Shown here in pieces: positions 25,268-38,929 of a stretch of 64,000 nt of DNA. The notes below the pieces were generated by a model. It was not told the origin of the DNA, ran no database searches, and saw only the letters and a list, made by a program, of their open reading frames with translations. This DNA comes from Octopus sinensis (Eukaryota). The translations under genes were made by a program, and so were the position numbers. The stretch is taken from NCBI RefSeq assembly GCF_006345805.1, contig NC_042998.1, positions 25,110,001-25,174,000 on the forward strand. The letters are read 5' to 3'. The stretch's first letter is position 1, and each line of letters begins with the position of its first letter.

Positions 25268-25272
<5 letters not shown>
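25105..25272 (+). mobile_element. Short hammerhead-bearing island inside a (TA)n tract (Penelope-like pLTR fragment)
   Basis: ~170 bp of non-repetitive sequence flanked on both sides by (TA)n; contains the 25137-25171 motif. Confidence 0.55.
25137..25171 (+). ncRNA. Minimal type I hammerhead motif, U4C core variant
   Basis: GUUU-CCGACGA-A-GAGC-UCC-GCUC-GAAA-C-GUC-AAAC. GUUU pairs with AAAC, GUC cleavage triplet, minimal stem III as in Penelope-type hammerheads. Confidence 0.65.
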
Positions 25273-25317
<45 letters not shown>

Positions 25318-26162
25318 ATATAATATATATATATATATATCTGTATGTGTGTCTTTGTGGCTGCGTTTGTCCCTTATCACTGCTAGACGACTGATGTTGG
25401 TGTATTTATATCCCCATAACTTAGCAGTTTGGCAAAAAGAGACCACTAGAATAAGTACTCGAGGCTATAGTAGAAGACACTTGCCCAAGGTGCCATGCAG
25501 TGGGCCTCAAACTGGAACCATGTGGTTGGTAAGCAAGCTACTTACCACACAGCCGCTCATCTGCCAATTCATTTATAATTCATTTTGAAAACGGTGTATA
25601 ACTCTATTTGATAACGTCTTGAATCATTACATAAGACAACACACTCCATCACACAGAATAAAGATATACAATTACATATATATTTTGCAAATATTTTTCA
25701 TAACTTTTAATTTAAGAGAGAATTATGATTAATTGAAGTAGAAAGTTGTTTTCATCTGGCTTTAAAACTTACATTAGCCGTCTAAGGTAGAATACATCAC
25801 AAATACATCACTGCAAGCCTTCTCGCTTATTTTCCCTTACAACTTTATGGCTCTGAAGGTTAGAATCAACTGATTATATTCATATGTTCTCACTTGATTT
25901 GATGACATTCATAAAACATTTGCAATAATTTATTATACATAGATAAAATATGTTCTCAGCTTCATTGTTTAAATTTGTTGAACTTTCAACAAGCACAGGA
26001 GTGGCTGTGTGGTAAGTAGCTTGCTTACCAGCCACATGGTTCCAGGTTCAATGCCACTGCGTGGTACCTTGGACAAGTGTCTTCTACTACAGCCTCAGGC
26101 TGACCAAAGCCTTGTGAGTGGATTTGATAGACGGAAACTGAAAGAAGCATGTTGTATATATG

Positions 26163-26217
<55 letters not shown>

Positions 26218-26879
26218 GCTGAATCGATTTTTGTAAGTTTTTCAAGATACCGTAGCTATCTACATATCAAATTTGAGTGCAATCAGATGGAGGATGCTCG
26301 AGATCCTAGAAGACACTCAGAGACAGACAGAACAGATTTTATATAATAGATACACACACACACATATATATATATATATAAATAGATATATATATATATA
26401 TCAAATCCACTCACAAGGCTTTGGTTAGCCCGAGGCTATAGCAGAAGACACTCAAGCTGAGGTGCAACGTAGTAGGATTGAACCCGGAACCATGTGGTTG
26501 GAATGCAAGCTTCTTACCACACAGCCACACCTGCACCTATATACACATATATCATCATCATCATCATCATCATTTGATAGCTATTTTCCATGGCGGCATG
26601 AGTTGGATGGCTTGACAGGAGCTAGCCAGCCAGAAGACTGCACTAGGCTCCAACTGTCTGTTTTTGCATGGTTTCTACAGCTGGATGCACTTTCGCTTTA
26701 CAATGTCTACTGGATGCTTTTAGGTGGTGCCAGCACCATGGCCCTGGCATGGGTGCTTTATATGTGACACCTGCACAGGTGCTGTTTACAAGGCACCAAC
26801 AAGGGTGCTTTTTTATGTGGCACCAGTAGACATAACAAACACACTTATATGAATGAATGGTCACAACTTTATTTAGTGT

Positions 26880-26924
<45 letters not shown>

Positions 26925-27185
26925 TATACATTTTTGTTGGATTACGTGTTTGTTCCTCTTTTTCTCATCTGCAATTTTATTTTTGATCTTCTATATAAAT
27001 GAATATATTTCCTCCATCTGGTTGTTTTTCTCTCTACAAAACACCAAGTTACATTGCGGAACAGTCATTTTAATGAGTTATATTTATTTATTTATCACTC
27101 GACGAGATACATCTGCACCACAGGATGCTCCAGAACCAGTTATGTGTCAAAGCAATTGTCATGATTAATAATAGATTCTCGTATG

Positions 27186-27216
<31 letters not shown>

Positions 27217-27800
27217 GTATGTATAGGTGCAGGAGTGGCTCTGTGGTAAGTAGCTTGCTTACCAACCACATGGTTCCAGGTTCAGTCCCACTGTGTGCTG
27301 TGTGGTACCTTGGGCAAATGTCTTCTACTATAGCCTCAGGTTGACCAAAGTCTTGTGAGTAGATTTGGTAGATGGAAACTGAAAGAAGTCTGTCGTATAT
27401 ATATATATATATATATATATGCTTTCAAACACATTCAAGGTAATGCCCCAGCATGGCCGTAAATTTCATTTATGTACCTTCAAACCACATTCTTTCGATT
27501 AAAAATGTTTCAAAGTGGTGCTCCAGCATGGCTGCAAATTTTATTTGCATGCTTTCAAACCACATTCATTCGACTAAAAACTTTTCGTAATGGTGCCCCA
27601 GCATGGCCACAGTCTGATGACTTGAAACACATAAGAGAGAACTAACAAACGACAAAAGCCTCACCATTCATACAAATGATATCATTCCTTCACAGCCTTC
27701 CATGTGAACATGTCTAGGCTGTTTGTTCACTTTCCAAAGAACTGCTTAGAAACAGGTGCAGGTTGGCACCAGAAAAAAAGGATACTTTTTCTTTTTTTTC

Positions 27801-28176
27801 TCTCTTTTTACTTGTTTCAGTCATTTGACTGCAGTCATGCTGGAGCACTGCCTTTAATCGAGCAAATCGACCCCGAGACTTATTCTTTGTAAGCCCAGTA
27901 CTTATTCTATCGGTCTCTTTTGCCGAACTGCTAAGTGACGGGGATGTAAACACACCAGCATCGGTTGTCTAGCAATGCTAGGGGAACAAACACACACACA
28001 TATATATATACATATATACGACAGGCTTCTTTCAGTTTCCGTCTACCAAATCCACTCACAAGGCATTGGTCGGCCTGGGGCTATAGCAGAAGACACTTGC
28101 CCAAGATGCCATGCAGTGGGACTGAACCCGGAACCATGTGGTTGGTTAGCAAGCTACTTACCACACAGCCACACCT
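27801..28176 (-). mobile_element. SINE family A
   Basis: Full-length homology. Confidence 0.85.
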
Positions 28177-28760
28177 GTCTATCGATAGAAAAATTCTGCC
28201 TCAGTGACGTTTCGTCTGATCTATGAAATGATGGGAAACTAGATGTTAAAACGATGATACTGGTGAAAACGATAATGATACAACAGCCACTGAACGAGCT
28301 GCAATCACCTGTGAAAGCACAAAAATGTATATTCTGTATTCTGTTTATTTAAGCATAGACTGCACAAAGCTATGTTTGGAAGGTCAAGGAGAATTTTTAT
28401 TGAATATAAATATGATCAGTAAAACAGACTTTGTGCAGCTGAAACAAATGCCTAATAACAGAAATGTATAATAATCTGGTTTACTATAATATAAATGTTG
28501 ATCACGCTTGTCTTGTTTATTATTAGCTTGAAAATATTGGAGATTTTTGTAGGTTGGTTTGTTTTATTTTTGGTAATATTTGGTTGCTTACATCATTTTT
28601 TTTTATGACATACAGAATTAGTTCTGTTATTGAAGGAGTTGCCTAACTATGATGGAAAGAAAAATAGCATGTGAAATATAATATTATCTACACACATATA
28701 CGCATACACACACATATGTATGTATATACTTAACTACTTAAATATATGCATGTACATATG

Positions 28761-28848
<88 letters not shown>

Positions 28849-29399
28849 AATGTGTGTGTGTGTGTTAGGTGATATAGACGAAGGTGTAGCTGTGTAGTTA
28901 AGAAGTTTGCTTCACAATCATGCGGTTCCAAGACAATCCTTCTTTGCAATATCTTGGATAAGTGTATTTCTCTCTCAACAGAATTTGGTTGATGCAAATT
29001 ATTGCACAGAAGCCTGTGTACAGATGTCATATACATACATATATATATAAGGCGGGGAGATGGCAGAACTGTTAGCACAACGGGTGAAATGCGTAGCCAT
29101 ATTTCGTCTGCCGTTACGTTATGAGTTCAAATTCCGCCAAGGTCGACTTTGCCTTTCATCCTTTCGGGGTCGATAAATTAAGTACCAGTTACGCACTGGG
29201 GTCGATGTAATCGACTTAATTCGTTTGTCTGTCCTTGTTTGTCCACTCTATGTTTAGCCCCTTGTGGGTAATAAAAAAACATATACATATATATGTGTGT
29301 GTGTGTATGTGTGTGAAGGTGCATGGCTTAGTGGTTAGGTTGTTGCACTCATGATTGCGAGATTGTGGGTTCAATTCTCTGACAGGGCATTGTGTTGCG

Positions 29400-29790
29400 A
29401 TGTGTTGACATTAGGAAGACCCTCTTAACCCAATGCATTCTCCACATTTAGTTACCTTTCATACTAGTACTTCCATGCCTCTTTCCTTTCAGAATTACTA
29501 TGTGCAGGTGTACCATTATCCTTCCACACACACATTTCTCACCTATGAACATTTCGATTTTCTCTGATCCATTATCTTGCAATCTGGAACACCTCATGCC
29601 TCTGATCCTCATACTGTAGAACTTTGACTAATTTCTTACTTTCTATTTCATCCTTTGCTATGTAAACTTGAGGCCTAGCTTTACTTCCAGCTATTTGTTT
29701 TAAATCTCTGATAACCCTCGTTTTACCAAAACCTTCCAGGTCTTGTCTGTTTGCCTTCTTAGCTTCATCTACTTCCCTGTTGCATTAACA
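29400..29790 (-). mobile_element. Decayed RTE-clade LINE fragment (EN-RT linker)
   Basis: Minus strand ...EDQRHEVFQIAR*WIRENRNV.GEKCV...KEAWKY*YER*LNVENA. Confidence 0.65.
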
Positions 29791-29792
29791 CA

Positions 29793-30390
29793 TTTCTTTA
29801 CTACCCACAAGGGGCTAAACACAGAGAGGACAAATAAGGACAGGCAAACGAATTAAGTCGATTATATCGACCCCAGTGAGTAACTGGTACTTAATTTATC
29901 GACCCCGAAAGGAGGAAAGGCAAAGTCGACCTCGGCGGAATTTGAACTCAGAATGTAGCGGCAGACGAAATACCTATTTCTTTACTACCCACAAGGGGCT
30001 AAACACAGAGAGGACAAACAAGGACAGACAAACGGATTAAGTCTATTATATCGACCCCAGTGAGTAACTGGTACTTAATTTATCGACCCCGAAAGGAGGA
30101 AAGGCAAAGTCGACCTCGGCGGAATTTGAACTCAGAACGTAGTGGCAGACAAAATACCTATTTCTTTACTACCCACAAGGGGCTAAACACAGAGAGGACA
30201 AACAAGGACAGACAAGCAAATTAAGTCGATTATATCGACCCCAGTGCGTAACTGGTATTTATTTAATCGACCCTGAAAGGATGAAAGGCAAAGTCGAGCC
30301 CAGCAGAATTTGAACTCAGAATGTAGCGGCTAAAGAACTACCGCTAAGCATTTCGCCCGGCATGCTAACATTTATGCCAGCTCGCCTCCT
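29793..30390 (-). mobile_element. SINE family B trimer
   Basis: Three ~180-bp units joined at AAAGAAATAGGTATTT (~29970, ~30155), single tRNA head. Confidence 0.88.
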
Positions 30391-31324
30391 TAACATGTCA
30401 TTCTCACCCTGGCCAGGACTTTACAGCCCGCGCAGATTTGCTCTGTGTCCCTCGGTAGGTTGTCCGGTAGGAACTTCCAGTTGTCATCTCTATCTCCTCA
30501 TCTTTATCAAATACTTGTAGTTGAACATCTTTAAATTTCTGACTTTATAAATTATTTAGTTACATTATTTTACACATATTTCAATGAGGTTGAATAATGC
30601 AATCTGAACCAGGTACATTTATTAGATAATCCCTTCCTTAGAGATTTATAACCAAGTCAACCATAATCTCCACTGAAACATGTGTAAAGTGATGTAGTTA
30701 AATAATTTATGAATTTGCTCACCAGTTTTTGGGTTTTTTTTTTGTTTTTCTATTTGTTCTCTCTGATGTTTGTAATGGAATCTTGTACTATAACACGTGA
30801 GTTCTTTTCAGAGTTTTCTCTTTCACTATATAAGGATGCAAGGCAGTGAGCAGGCAGAATCATTAGAACCGTTGGGCAAAATGCTTAGCAACATTTCGTC
30901 TATCTTTACATTCTGAGTTCAAATTCCATCAAGGTCGACTTGCTTTTCATCCTTCTGGGGTCAATAAAATAAGTACCAGTTGAGTACTGGGGTTAATGTA
31001 ATTGACATACCCGCTTCTCCTAAAACTGCTGGCCCTGTGCCAAAATTTGAAACCGATATATAAGAATGCGTATGGAGTTCTAAATATTGGTAGTAATGTT
31101 AGGAAAAATGTCTAATATACTTCTATCATCCATTTCTGTTCTTTTACAGAATTGTTACAGGATTGGGTATTTGACTAAGTAAATTTTCAACCAGACGTTA
31201 GAGACATGAGCTGATGTATGAGAAAGTTGCACTAGTATGAATATTTGATTCAAAAGAAATGGAATCTGTGTGTAAAAGAGTTGTGTTCTCTAAATAATAG
31301 GTAATTGTGACAGAAATATCAGAG

Positions 31325-31730
31325 AAAGGTGGCAAGCTGGCAGAAACGTTAGCACGCTGGGTGAAATGCTTAGCGGTATTTCGTCTGCCGCTACGTTCTG
31401 AGTTCAAATTCTGTCGAGGTTGACTTTGCCTTTCATCCTTTCGGGGTCGATTAAATAAGTACCAGTTATGCACTGGGGTCGATATAATCGACTTAATCTG
31501 TTTGTCTGTCCTTGTTTGTCCTCCCTTTGTGGGTAGTAAAGAAATAGGTATTTTGCCTGTCATTACGTTCTGAGTTCAAATTCTGCCAGGGTTGACTTTA
31601 CCTTTCATCCTTTCGGGGTAGATAAATTAAGTACCAGTTACACACTGGGGTTGATCTAATCGACTTAATCCCTTTGTCTGTCCTTGTTTGTCCCCTCTAT
31701 GTTTAGCCCCTTATGGGCAATAAAGAAATA
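31325..31730 (+). mobile_element. SINE family B dimer
   Basis: Junction ~31548; TSD AGAAATATCAGA. Confidence 0.85.
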
Positions 31731-33253
31731 AGAAATATCAGAAATATTGTTGTTGAGCTTCAAGTCTATCCTGATTGATAAAAGGGGTTCCAGTCATGGC
31801 CACCGCGTCTTTTTAGTGGTACCAAGAATTATATTATTGTATACGTCATTGCTTTATTTTTAAATGGTTGAGTATGGTTTGAGGAGGATTGTGTTGCTAC
31901 TTCTAGCAGATGGCATGTCTACATAGAGAATCCCTCGAGAATCTAGAAAGGAGCAATGAAGTCAGATCTTATGATAATGAATCTTAGAGAGGAGATAACT
32001 ATCGAAGAAGATGGGTATTGAAACACCGTATTGTAAACCTGTAAACTCCCCACCAGCAGATAGAAAAATGGGTATTAAAACGTGGATGATTATCACATTG
32101 CTGTAATTGTTACTTACTAACTAAAAGCATCATCAATCTAAAATCTAACAACCTCCTTTGTGCAAATCACCCAGAAGACATTTAACAAGTTAATGCAATT
32201 CCTAAGTTAGGCGATCAATGCTGAAACACTGACAAACATTACCTGCCTAATTATTCAAGCATGAATGCAATTTAGGCTGCTTGAAATAATGTCATGTTCA
32301 AATATTTGCTCTTAATTATGTTTATTTCATACATTACTCAGAATTTCAAGCAAATGTATGTTCTGTTACAAATGGCATTGATAAATAAATGAATCCAAAC
32401 TGCGACTGTTTATGGTCGAAACACGCCAATATATTCTCAAATAAAAGGAAGCTGTCTGGTAAATATATTAATTGCAATGTTAACTTATTTGCAGCTTTCT
32501 GGGGAATTACTGAACCATCATTGATACTTGCAGACAGAAAACACTATGATTTATAACAAACATATAGTACCGTATTATAGAATAAAACCATTATTCCTCT
32601 AAGAGATTGTGATGGCTGCTCTACAGAAATGATAGAAAATATATTTATTGATAAATTTCTAAGTCACTTGAGTTTATGAATTGCTGAAAATTATTGGAAA
32701 GTATACCTGACCTGATCTGTTTTATATCCCTATCGATATAGTAAAGACGGTAATACAGATAAAATAAAACTGGTGCCATCAAAACAGTGAATATACAGTT
32801 GATCACATCACAATGTCTTTGAATTGTTATCTCTGAAGATGAAAATTTGGTTAGCTTCAGAAACATAAGAATAGGAAATAAAGAATTAATTATCTCTGTT
32901 TTATTGAATTTTTTCTTCTTTATCTAAGTATGAATAACTGTAATTCTTTACTGTCATTCTGCTTTTCTGTGAACTTCAGAAACTGGCAAATTTCCTTCAA
33001 AATTTTTCTTTTGTTGCCTTTTCTTATTCATTATTCTTTGATCACTCAATTCCCAAATTTATTATCATTTTAAGTTTAGAATCATAACTACATTTACTAT
33101 CTCCAGTCATGTATAATTCTATTTGCAGAAGCCTGATTTCCTGTTAGTGTAGATATCATATTGTTTAACTTGCAACAAACATGTTTGTTAAGTTTAGTTT
33201 CGTGTGAAGTGTTTCAATTGTTAGTGTTGTTTGATTACAGCCAGTGTTTAGAG

Positions 33254-33608
33254 TAGTGGTTCACAGCTGGGTCTATAGGACATTTGAGGGTCCATAAGCC
33301 CTTTGGGTGATCGATGAGTCCTTTGGAAGTCCATAGGACCTTTGAGGGTCCATAAGCCCTTTGAGGATTGATAGGATCTTTGGGGGTCCATAGGACCATT
33401 GGGGGTCCAAATAAGATTTTCTAGTTAAAATTTATCTGCAATAATAGGTGCAGGCGTGGCTATGTGGTAAGAAGTTTACTTCCTAACCACATGGTTCTGG
33501 GTTCAGTTCCACTGCATGCCGCCTTGGGCAAGTGTGTTCTACTATAGCCTTGGGCTGACCAAAGCCTTGTGAGTGGATTTGATAGACAGAAACTGAAAGA
33601 AGCCAGTC

Positions 33609-33649
<41 letters not shown>

Positions 33650-33677
33650 CGTGCGTGTGTGTGTGTGTGTGCGTGTG

Positions 33678-33712
<35 letters not shown>

Positions 33713-34099
33713 TTATGTGTCTGTGTTTGTTCCCCCACCATCACTTGATAACCGATGTTGGTGTGTTTACATCCCTGTAACATAGCGGTTCAGCAAAAGA
33801 GACCGATAGAATAAGTACTAGGCTTACAAAAAAATAAGTCGCGGGGTTGATTTGTTCGACTAAAGGTAGTGCTCCAGCATGGCTGCAGTTAAGTAACCGA
33901 AACCAATAAAAGAATAAAAGAATGAAAGAATGATAAACTCGTTATACTTTTACAATCTACAAAATCTTTTAACAGATGTTTTTATACTATTTCTAGTAAT
34001 ATTTAATTATAAAAATATGATAGGGTTTTATTTTGACATTGAGTAAAATGGGAATCAAAGGGGCCCCATGGGGTGGGGGTGAATGGTTGAAAACCACTG
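33254..34099. mobile_element. hAT-Charlie-like MITE with internal minisatellite and a nested SINE A
   Basis: TIRs (C/T)AGTGGTT...AACCACTG, imperfect 8-bp TSD GTTTAGAG/GCATAGAG; related copy at 51315. Confidence 0.6.
33446..33930 (+). mobile_element. SINE family A nested in a hAT-like MITE
   Basis: Full length with expanded (TG)n centre. Confidence 0.85.
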
Positions 34100-34153
34100 G
34101 CATAGAGTCAGCTAATCACAAACTTAGAAATAATCCATGCATCTATATCTGGG

Positions 34154-34654
34154 ACTAGCAGTATAATCCAGCTTCGTCCGGGATTAAGTTAGGATTATTA
34201 AGCTAATATATATATATATATACATATCACACACACACACATACGTACTTACACCTATTGCATACATGTTTTTTGTACGCATATATCTTCATGTGTGTGT
34301 GTGTGTGTATGTGTTGCCCGTATATCAACGAAACACTTTTTAGCTCAATGGAAAAAAAATACAACAAAAGTCTTAACAAACACTTACTCGTCGCTAGAAG
34401 GGGATTTAACTCCTGTTTACAAACAATGGTGATTTCTCCGACTTGAAAATTGTTTAAAATTTTGGTTGAAAATTTATTTTTACTTCTATTCGCTGTTGCC
34501 TCTGGTAAAAATAAGTTGACAAAAATACAGCTAGGGTCATGACAAATGTCCTCCTAAAATTGGAGCAACATGCGCGCTAATTTGTGGATGTGCATAAATT
34601 GCATTCATGTACACACACACACACACTCACATCCTGCCTTTTATACATACAGAT
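34154..34654 (+). mobile_element. Helentron/DINE-like non-autonomous element
   Basis: Starts ACTAGCAGTATAATCCAGCTTCGTCCGGG, has an internal microsatellite, ends TTTTATACATACAGAT; a similar 3' end at 26221-26350. Confidence 0.4.
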
Positions 34655-35524
34655 AATCTAGAAATAAATCAGATGACTAATAATTTCTAATTTGGACACA
34701 AGGCCAGCAATTTTGAGGGAAAGGAATTTGTTAATTAAATCAACTTCAGTACTTGATTGGTACTTATTTTATTAATACAAGAAGGATAATTGGCAAATTT
34801 GATTTCAGTAAGATTTGAACTCAAAATATAGAAAGCTAAAAGAAATACATGTCATTTTGTTCAGTATTGTGATTATTCTGTTAATCCAACATTCTATTAT
34901 TTGACACTGAGGAATAATTCTGGTTTAAATTTTGCTGTACTTTGTTAAGTGAAGTGTAAAGCTGCTCTCAAGGCATGTTATATCTGTTTCATGATACACC
35001 TTATGCATCAATGATTGTAGTCTGATACATGCAAATATTTTTATTCTTGGAAAATGACTAGAAAATGATAGAGTTACCGAATCAGCTGCAATGCTTATTA
35101 TATCCGTGTTTGTAAAATCAAGTTTTCATTGTCTCTCTCTTAGTTATATATGTTACCGTTGCCCTTACTGGCTTTGATGTTGTAGCATCTGTTGTGAGAG
35201 GGATGTGAGCTGTGAAGCATGGAAACCTTCCTAGGGACATGAAGTTTAATGAATGCAGCATTAGAGAGCAATACTCGATTGAAATAGTCTTGCAGAAGCT
35301 GGAGGGAAATGAGTCAAATGCAATCTTTTGTGTATATAAGGTTAATCTGCATGCAAAGTGGAAGCACAGGTGAACTGAGAGAGTCAGTGGACTTCAAAAA
35401 TATCAGTTGATGTATTCAAAAGAGAGGGCATTACTAGTGGAGAAATACAAGGCAAAAATAATGAATACAAAATGAAAAATGTTCTAAATGCTGATAATAG
35501 AAAAATACCAGTAATATAAGAAAA

Positions 35525-36010
35525 TCGATCGAAGTCGAAATCAAACTCAGTGACTGGCATCCATTGCTAGTGGAGCACTAAGAGTACCATACAAGTGAGA
35601 TCGTTGCCAGAGCAACAAGCTGGCCTTCGTGCCGATGGCATGTTAAGCACACCATTCGAGCATGATCGTTACCGTGTCGCCTTACTAGTGCTTGTGCTGG
35701 TGGCACATGAAACATTCGAGGGAGGTCGTCGCCAGTGCCGCTGGACTGGCTCCTGTGCAGGTGGCATGCAAAAAAGCACCATTTGGGCGTGGCTGTTGCC
35801 AGCACCACTAAACTAGCCCTCTTGCCGGTGGCACGTAAAAGCACCCACTACACTCTTGGAGTGGTTGGTGTTAGGAAGGGCATCCAGCTGTAGAAACTCT
35901 GCCAGATCAGATTTGGAGTCTGGTTCACCAGACCTCAGTCAAATCGTCCAACCCATGCTAGCATGGAAAGCGGACGTTAAATGATGATGATGATGCTGAT
36001 GATGATGATG
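35525..36010 (+). mobile_element. Family D retroposon
   Basis: Modules plus conserved 3' end CATGCTAGCATGGAAAGCGGACGTTAAA(TGA)n. Confidence 0.78.
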
Positions 36011-36759
36011 ACAAGAAAAATATAGAAGTTAAATTTCTAAATGTTGAGTCTGATAACACACTTCTGGTTATGATATGTTTCAGTGATACACTTCACTTTT
36101 AACAAAGGGCTTCTTTCAGATTCCATCAGCCAAATCCACTCACTAGGCTTTGGTTGGCCCAAGGTTACTAGTGGAAGACACTTACCCCAAGGTGCCATGC
36201 AGTGGGACTGAACCCAGGACAAAACTTTCTATAACACCTCTCTATCATAAACCATTGCCATATCGCAGTTCACCTATTGCAGTTTATTATTTAACCCTTT
36301 TTGTTACCATATTTATTTTGAGATGATCTGTGTTTCTTTCAATTAATTTTAAATATAACAAAGAATTTAGTAAAGTAACTTTGTATGTTACCTTTGTATT
36401 CTCTGCATACGTTCCTTCTTTTCCAGTGCAAAGCTTTATTTTTTATACTTCATTTTTTTTTTAATCATTTCATTATTATATGTAGCCCCCAACACTTTAT
36501 GTCTGTCTCTGTATTGACCCCTTCATCCTTCACCCTTGTAGCAAATAAATGAAATCATCATTGTAGTTTTATTTTTATACCATGCTTTCACTTCACTACC
36601 GAGCACAGCTCTGTGTGCCTTGGGTATGTGCTGTGATTTGTTGTGATGCTCTGATGGTTATTGTATGGAAATTGTTCTGCGTAGGATGTGTGCAGTGCCT
36701 AGTAGTGCAATTTTCTGTATGTTATATGTGTTTGTAAGTCCTGGTGTTTTTGTTATGTA

Positions 36760-37156
36760 TTTATTATTATTATTATTATCATTATTATTATTATATGTTT
36801 GACTTTTGCTTTATATTTGTACAAGTTGGCTCCAAGTCTCACCCAGAGACCGCAAGAGACAACAGGTTGGAAGTTCATGTTGTTGTTATGCCTAGTGTGC
36901 CATATATTTGGGGGTTTTTTTTTGGTGTTGTACTAGTGAATGTCAAAAAAAAATATTATCATTATTATTATTATAATTATTATTATTATTATTATTATTA
37001 ATAATAATAATAACAGCAGCAACAACAACAACAGCAATAATAATGGTTCAGTATTCTGCTGTTACATTACTTCTATTAGTTTCAATAGTATGTGTTACTG
37101 ATTCCACCTTCTTAATAAAAGACAACAGAAATAAATCATCGTCATCATTATTATCA

Positions 37157-37187
<31 letters not shown>

Positions 37188-37230
37188 CACTACTACTATT
37201 ATTATTACTATTATTATTATTATTATTATT
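36760..37230. repeat. (ATT)n/(AAT)n/(AAC)n microsatellite cluster
   Basis: Directly visible. Confidence 0.9.
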
Positions 37231-37234
37231 AATT

Positions 37235-37312
37235 AGGGCACTGTCTGGAATTGAACTCAGAATCTTGGGGTTTGTAGCCTGCACTCTTAACCACTACGCT
37301 ATATGCCCGTGG
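37235..37312 (-). mobile_element. Short tRNA-like retroposon with (AAT)n tail (not a functional tRNA)
   Basis: TAGCGTAGTGGTTAAGAG and GAGTTCAATTCC boxes, broken cloverleaf; relative at ~53815-53890 (+). Confidence 0.5.
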
Positions 37313-37464
37313 GCATATCACTTCCTTCCTTTTTCTTTTCTGTTTGTAACCAGCATCATCATTAGCTGTTATGCCTGTGGTATTTTTGTGTCTGTGTGTT
37401 CGTTTCATCATTTCAATGTGTGTGTGCATGCTTGTGTGTCTAAGCTACCTACTTAAATACCTGT

Positions 37465-37506
<42 letters not shown>

Positions 37507-37616
37507 GTGTGTGCAAGTTAATGCGTCTGTGTTTTCATTGGAACTGGTTTGTTGCTTGCATGAATGTGTGTGTCTGTGTGCTTGTACATTTGCTTGAATA
37601 GATTGATACATTTGAG

Positions 37617-37649
<33 letters not shown>

Positions 37650-38264
37650 ATGCGCACATGTGTATGTGTGTTTATATGTGTTTGTGTGTATGTTGCCTGC
37701 TGTGATGAATGCGTGAGTGGTTTTGTATATCTGCCTGTTGGGATGGTATTCTGACAGTTAACTGTGAGAATTTATCAAAGAAAGATGACTTCCTATGCAG
37801 GTTTTTGAAAATGAACTATTCTGGGGGGGGGGGGGGGAAGGAAAGAGGAGAGAAGAGCAAATATTCAGGTTTATTGAATTACCATATATTCATTTATATG
37901 GGAAAGGCATGGAAGATGTTTGTAGATGGAAGGTCACTTTAACATTATTACTAATTAGGTGCGAAATACTATTTGAAGACAAAAGAGAAAATGAAAAGGG
38001 GATGTTTTCTTTTAGGTTTTAAAATTACTCCAATTAGATATTGTTTCTGGATTTCAAGTAATTTTCATAAGCACAGATATGGCTGTGGGGTAAGAAGTTT
38101 GTGGGGTAAGAGGTGGTTCAGGGTTCAGTTCCAATGTGTGACACCTTAGGCAAGTGTATTCTGCTATAGCCCTATGTTAAGCAAAGCCTTGTGAGGGACT
38201 TTAGTAAATGGAAACTGAAAGAAACCCATTGAATATATCTATATATTTTTTAAATATATATATA

Positions 38265-38528
38265 TTTCGTTTTTGGATTTGGTTTGCAAGATTCTTTATG
38301 TGAGTTTGTGTGTTGAAGCATATTCTGTTGTGTCTGGGGAGAGTAATTTTCTTTTTGTGCCTTATAATTTAACTCACTCACCGGTAAAATTTCCACTTAT
38401 TTCTTATTTTTGGTTGCAAGACACAACGAAAATTTTAGGAATATAAAAATAAGAAATAAGTGGAAATTTTACCGGTGAATGTGTTAAATTATAAGGCACA
38501 AAAAGAAAATTACTCTCCCCAGACACAA
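38265..38528. mobile_element. Foldback element, same family as 50881-51150
   Basis: Arms 38328-38410 and 38446-38528 with a ~63-bp one-sided tail; TA-rich flanks. Confidence 0.6.
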
Positions 38529-38671
38529 GAGTATGTATATAAACATATTTAAAAAAAACTTAGGGAATAATAATTATTCTAGGTTATCAGGATATTTACT
38601 ATTTTACACTTTACTAATGCAAAGCATTAGGTGCGAAATACTATTTGAAGACAAAGAGAAAATGAAAATGA

Positions 38672-38717
<46 letters not shown>

Positions 38718-38929
38718 TTGTGCCTGTCTGTGTCCATGTGTGTGTGTGTTATTGTCTCTTTGCTCTGATATCACATAATAGTCGTAAACAAATGTCTCAG
38801 TCATGCAAGCTGTGTCCTTCATTACCTCACTTGGAAGCAGATGAGGGTTAGTGATGAGAAAGGTATCTGTACTCAGAAAACTTGTTTCAGTAAATTTTCT
38901 CTTTCGTTTTCAAACAGTATTTTGCATCT

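Noticed and set aside
28195-28225. Minus-strand GAAACGUC half-motif
   Set aside because: No CUGANGA core upstream.
32645-32866. 73-aa minus-strand ORF in unique sequence
   Set aside because: No recognisable domain and weak splice support.
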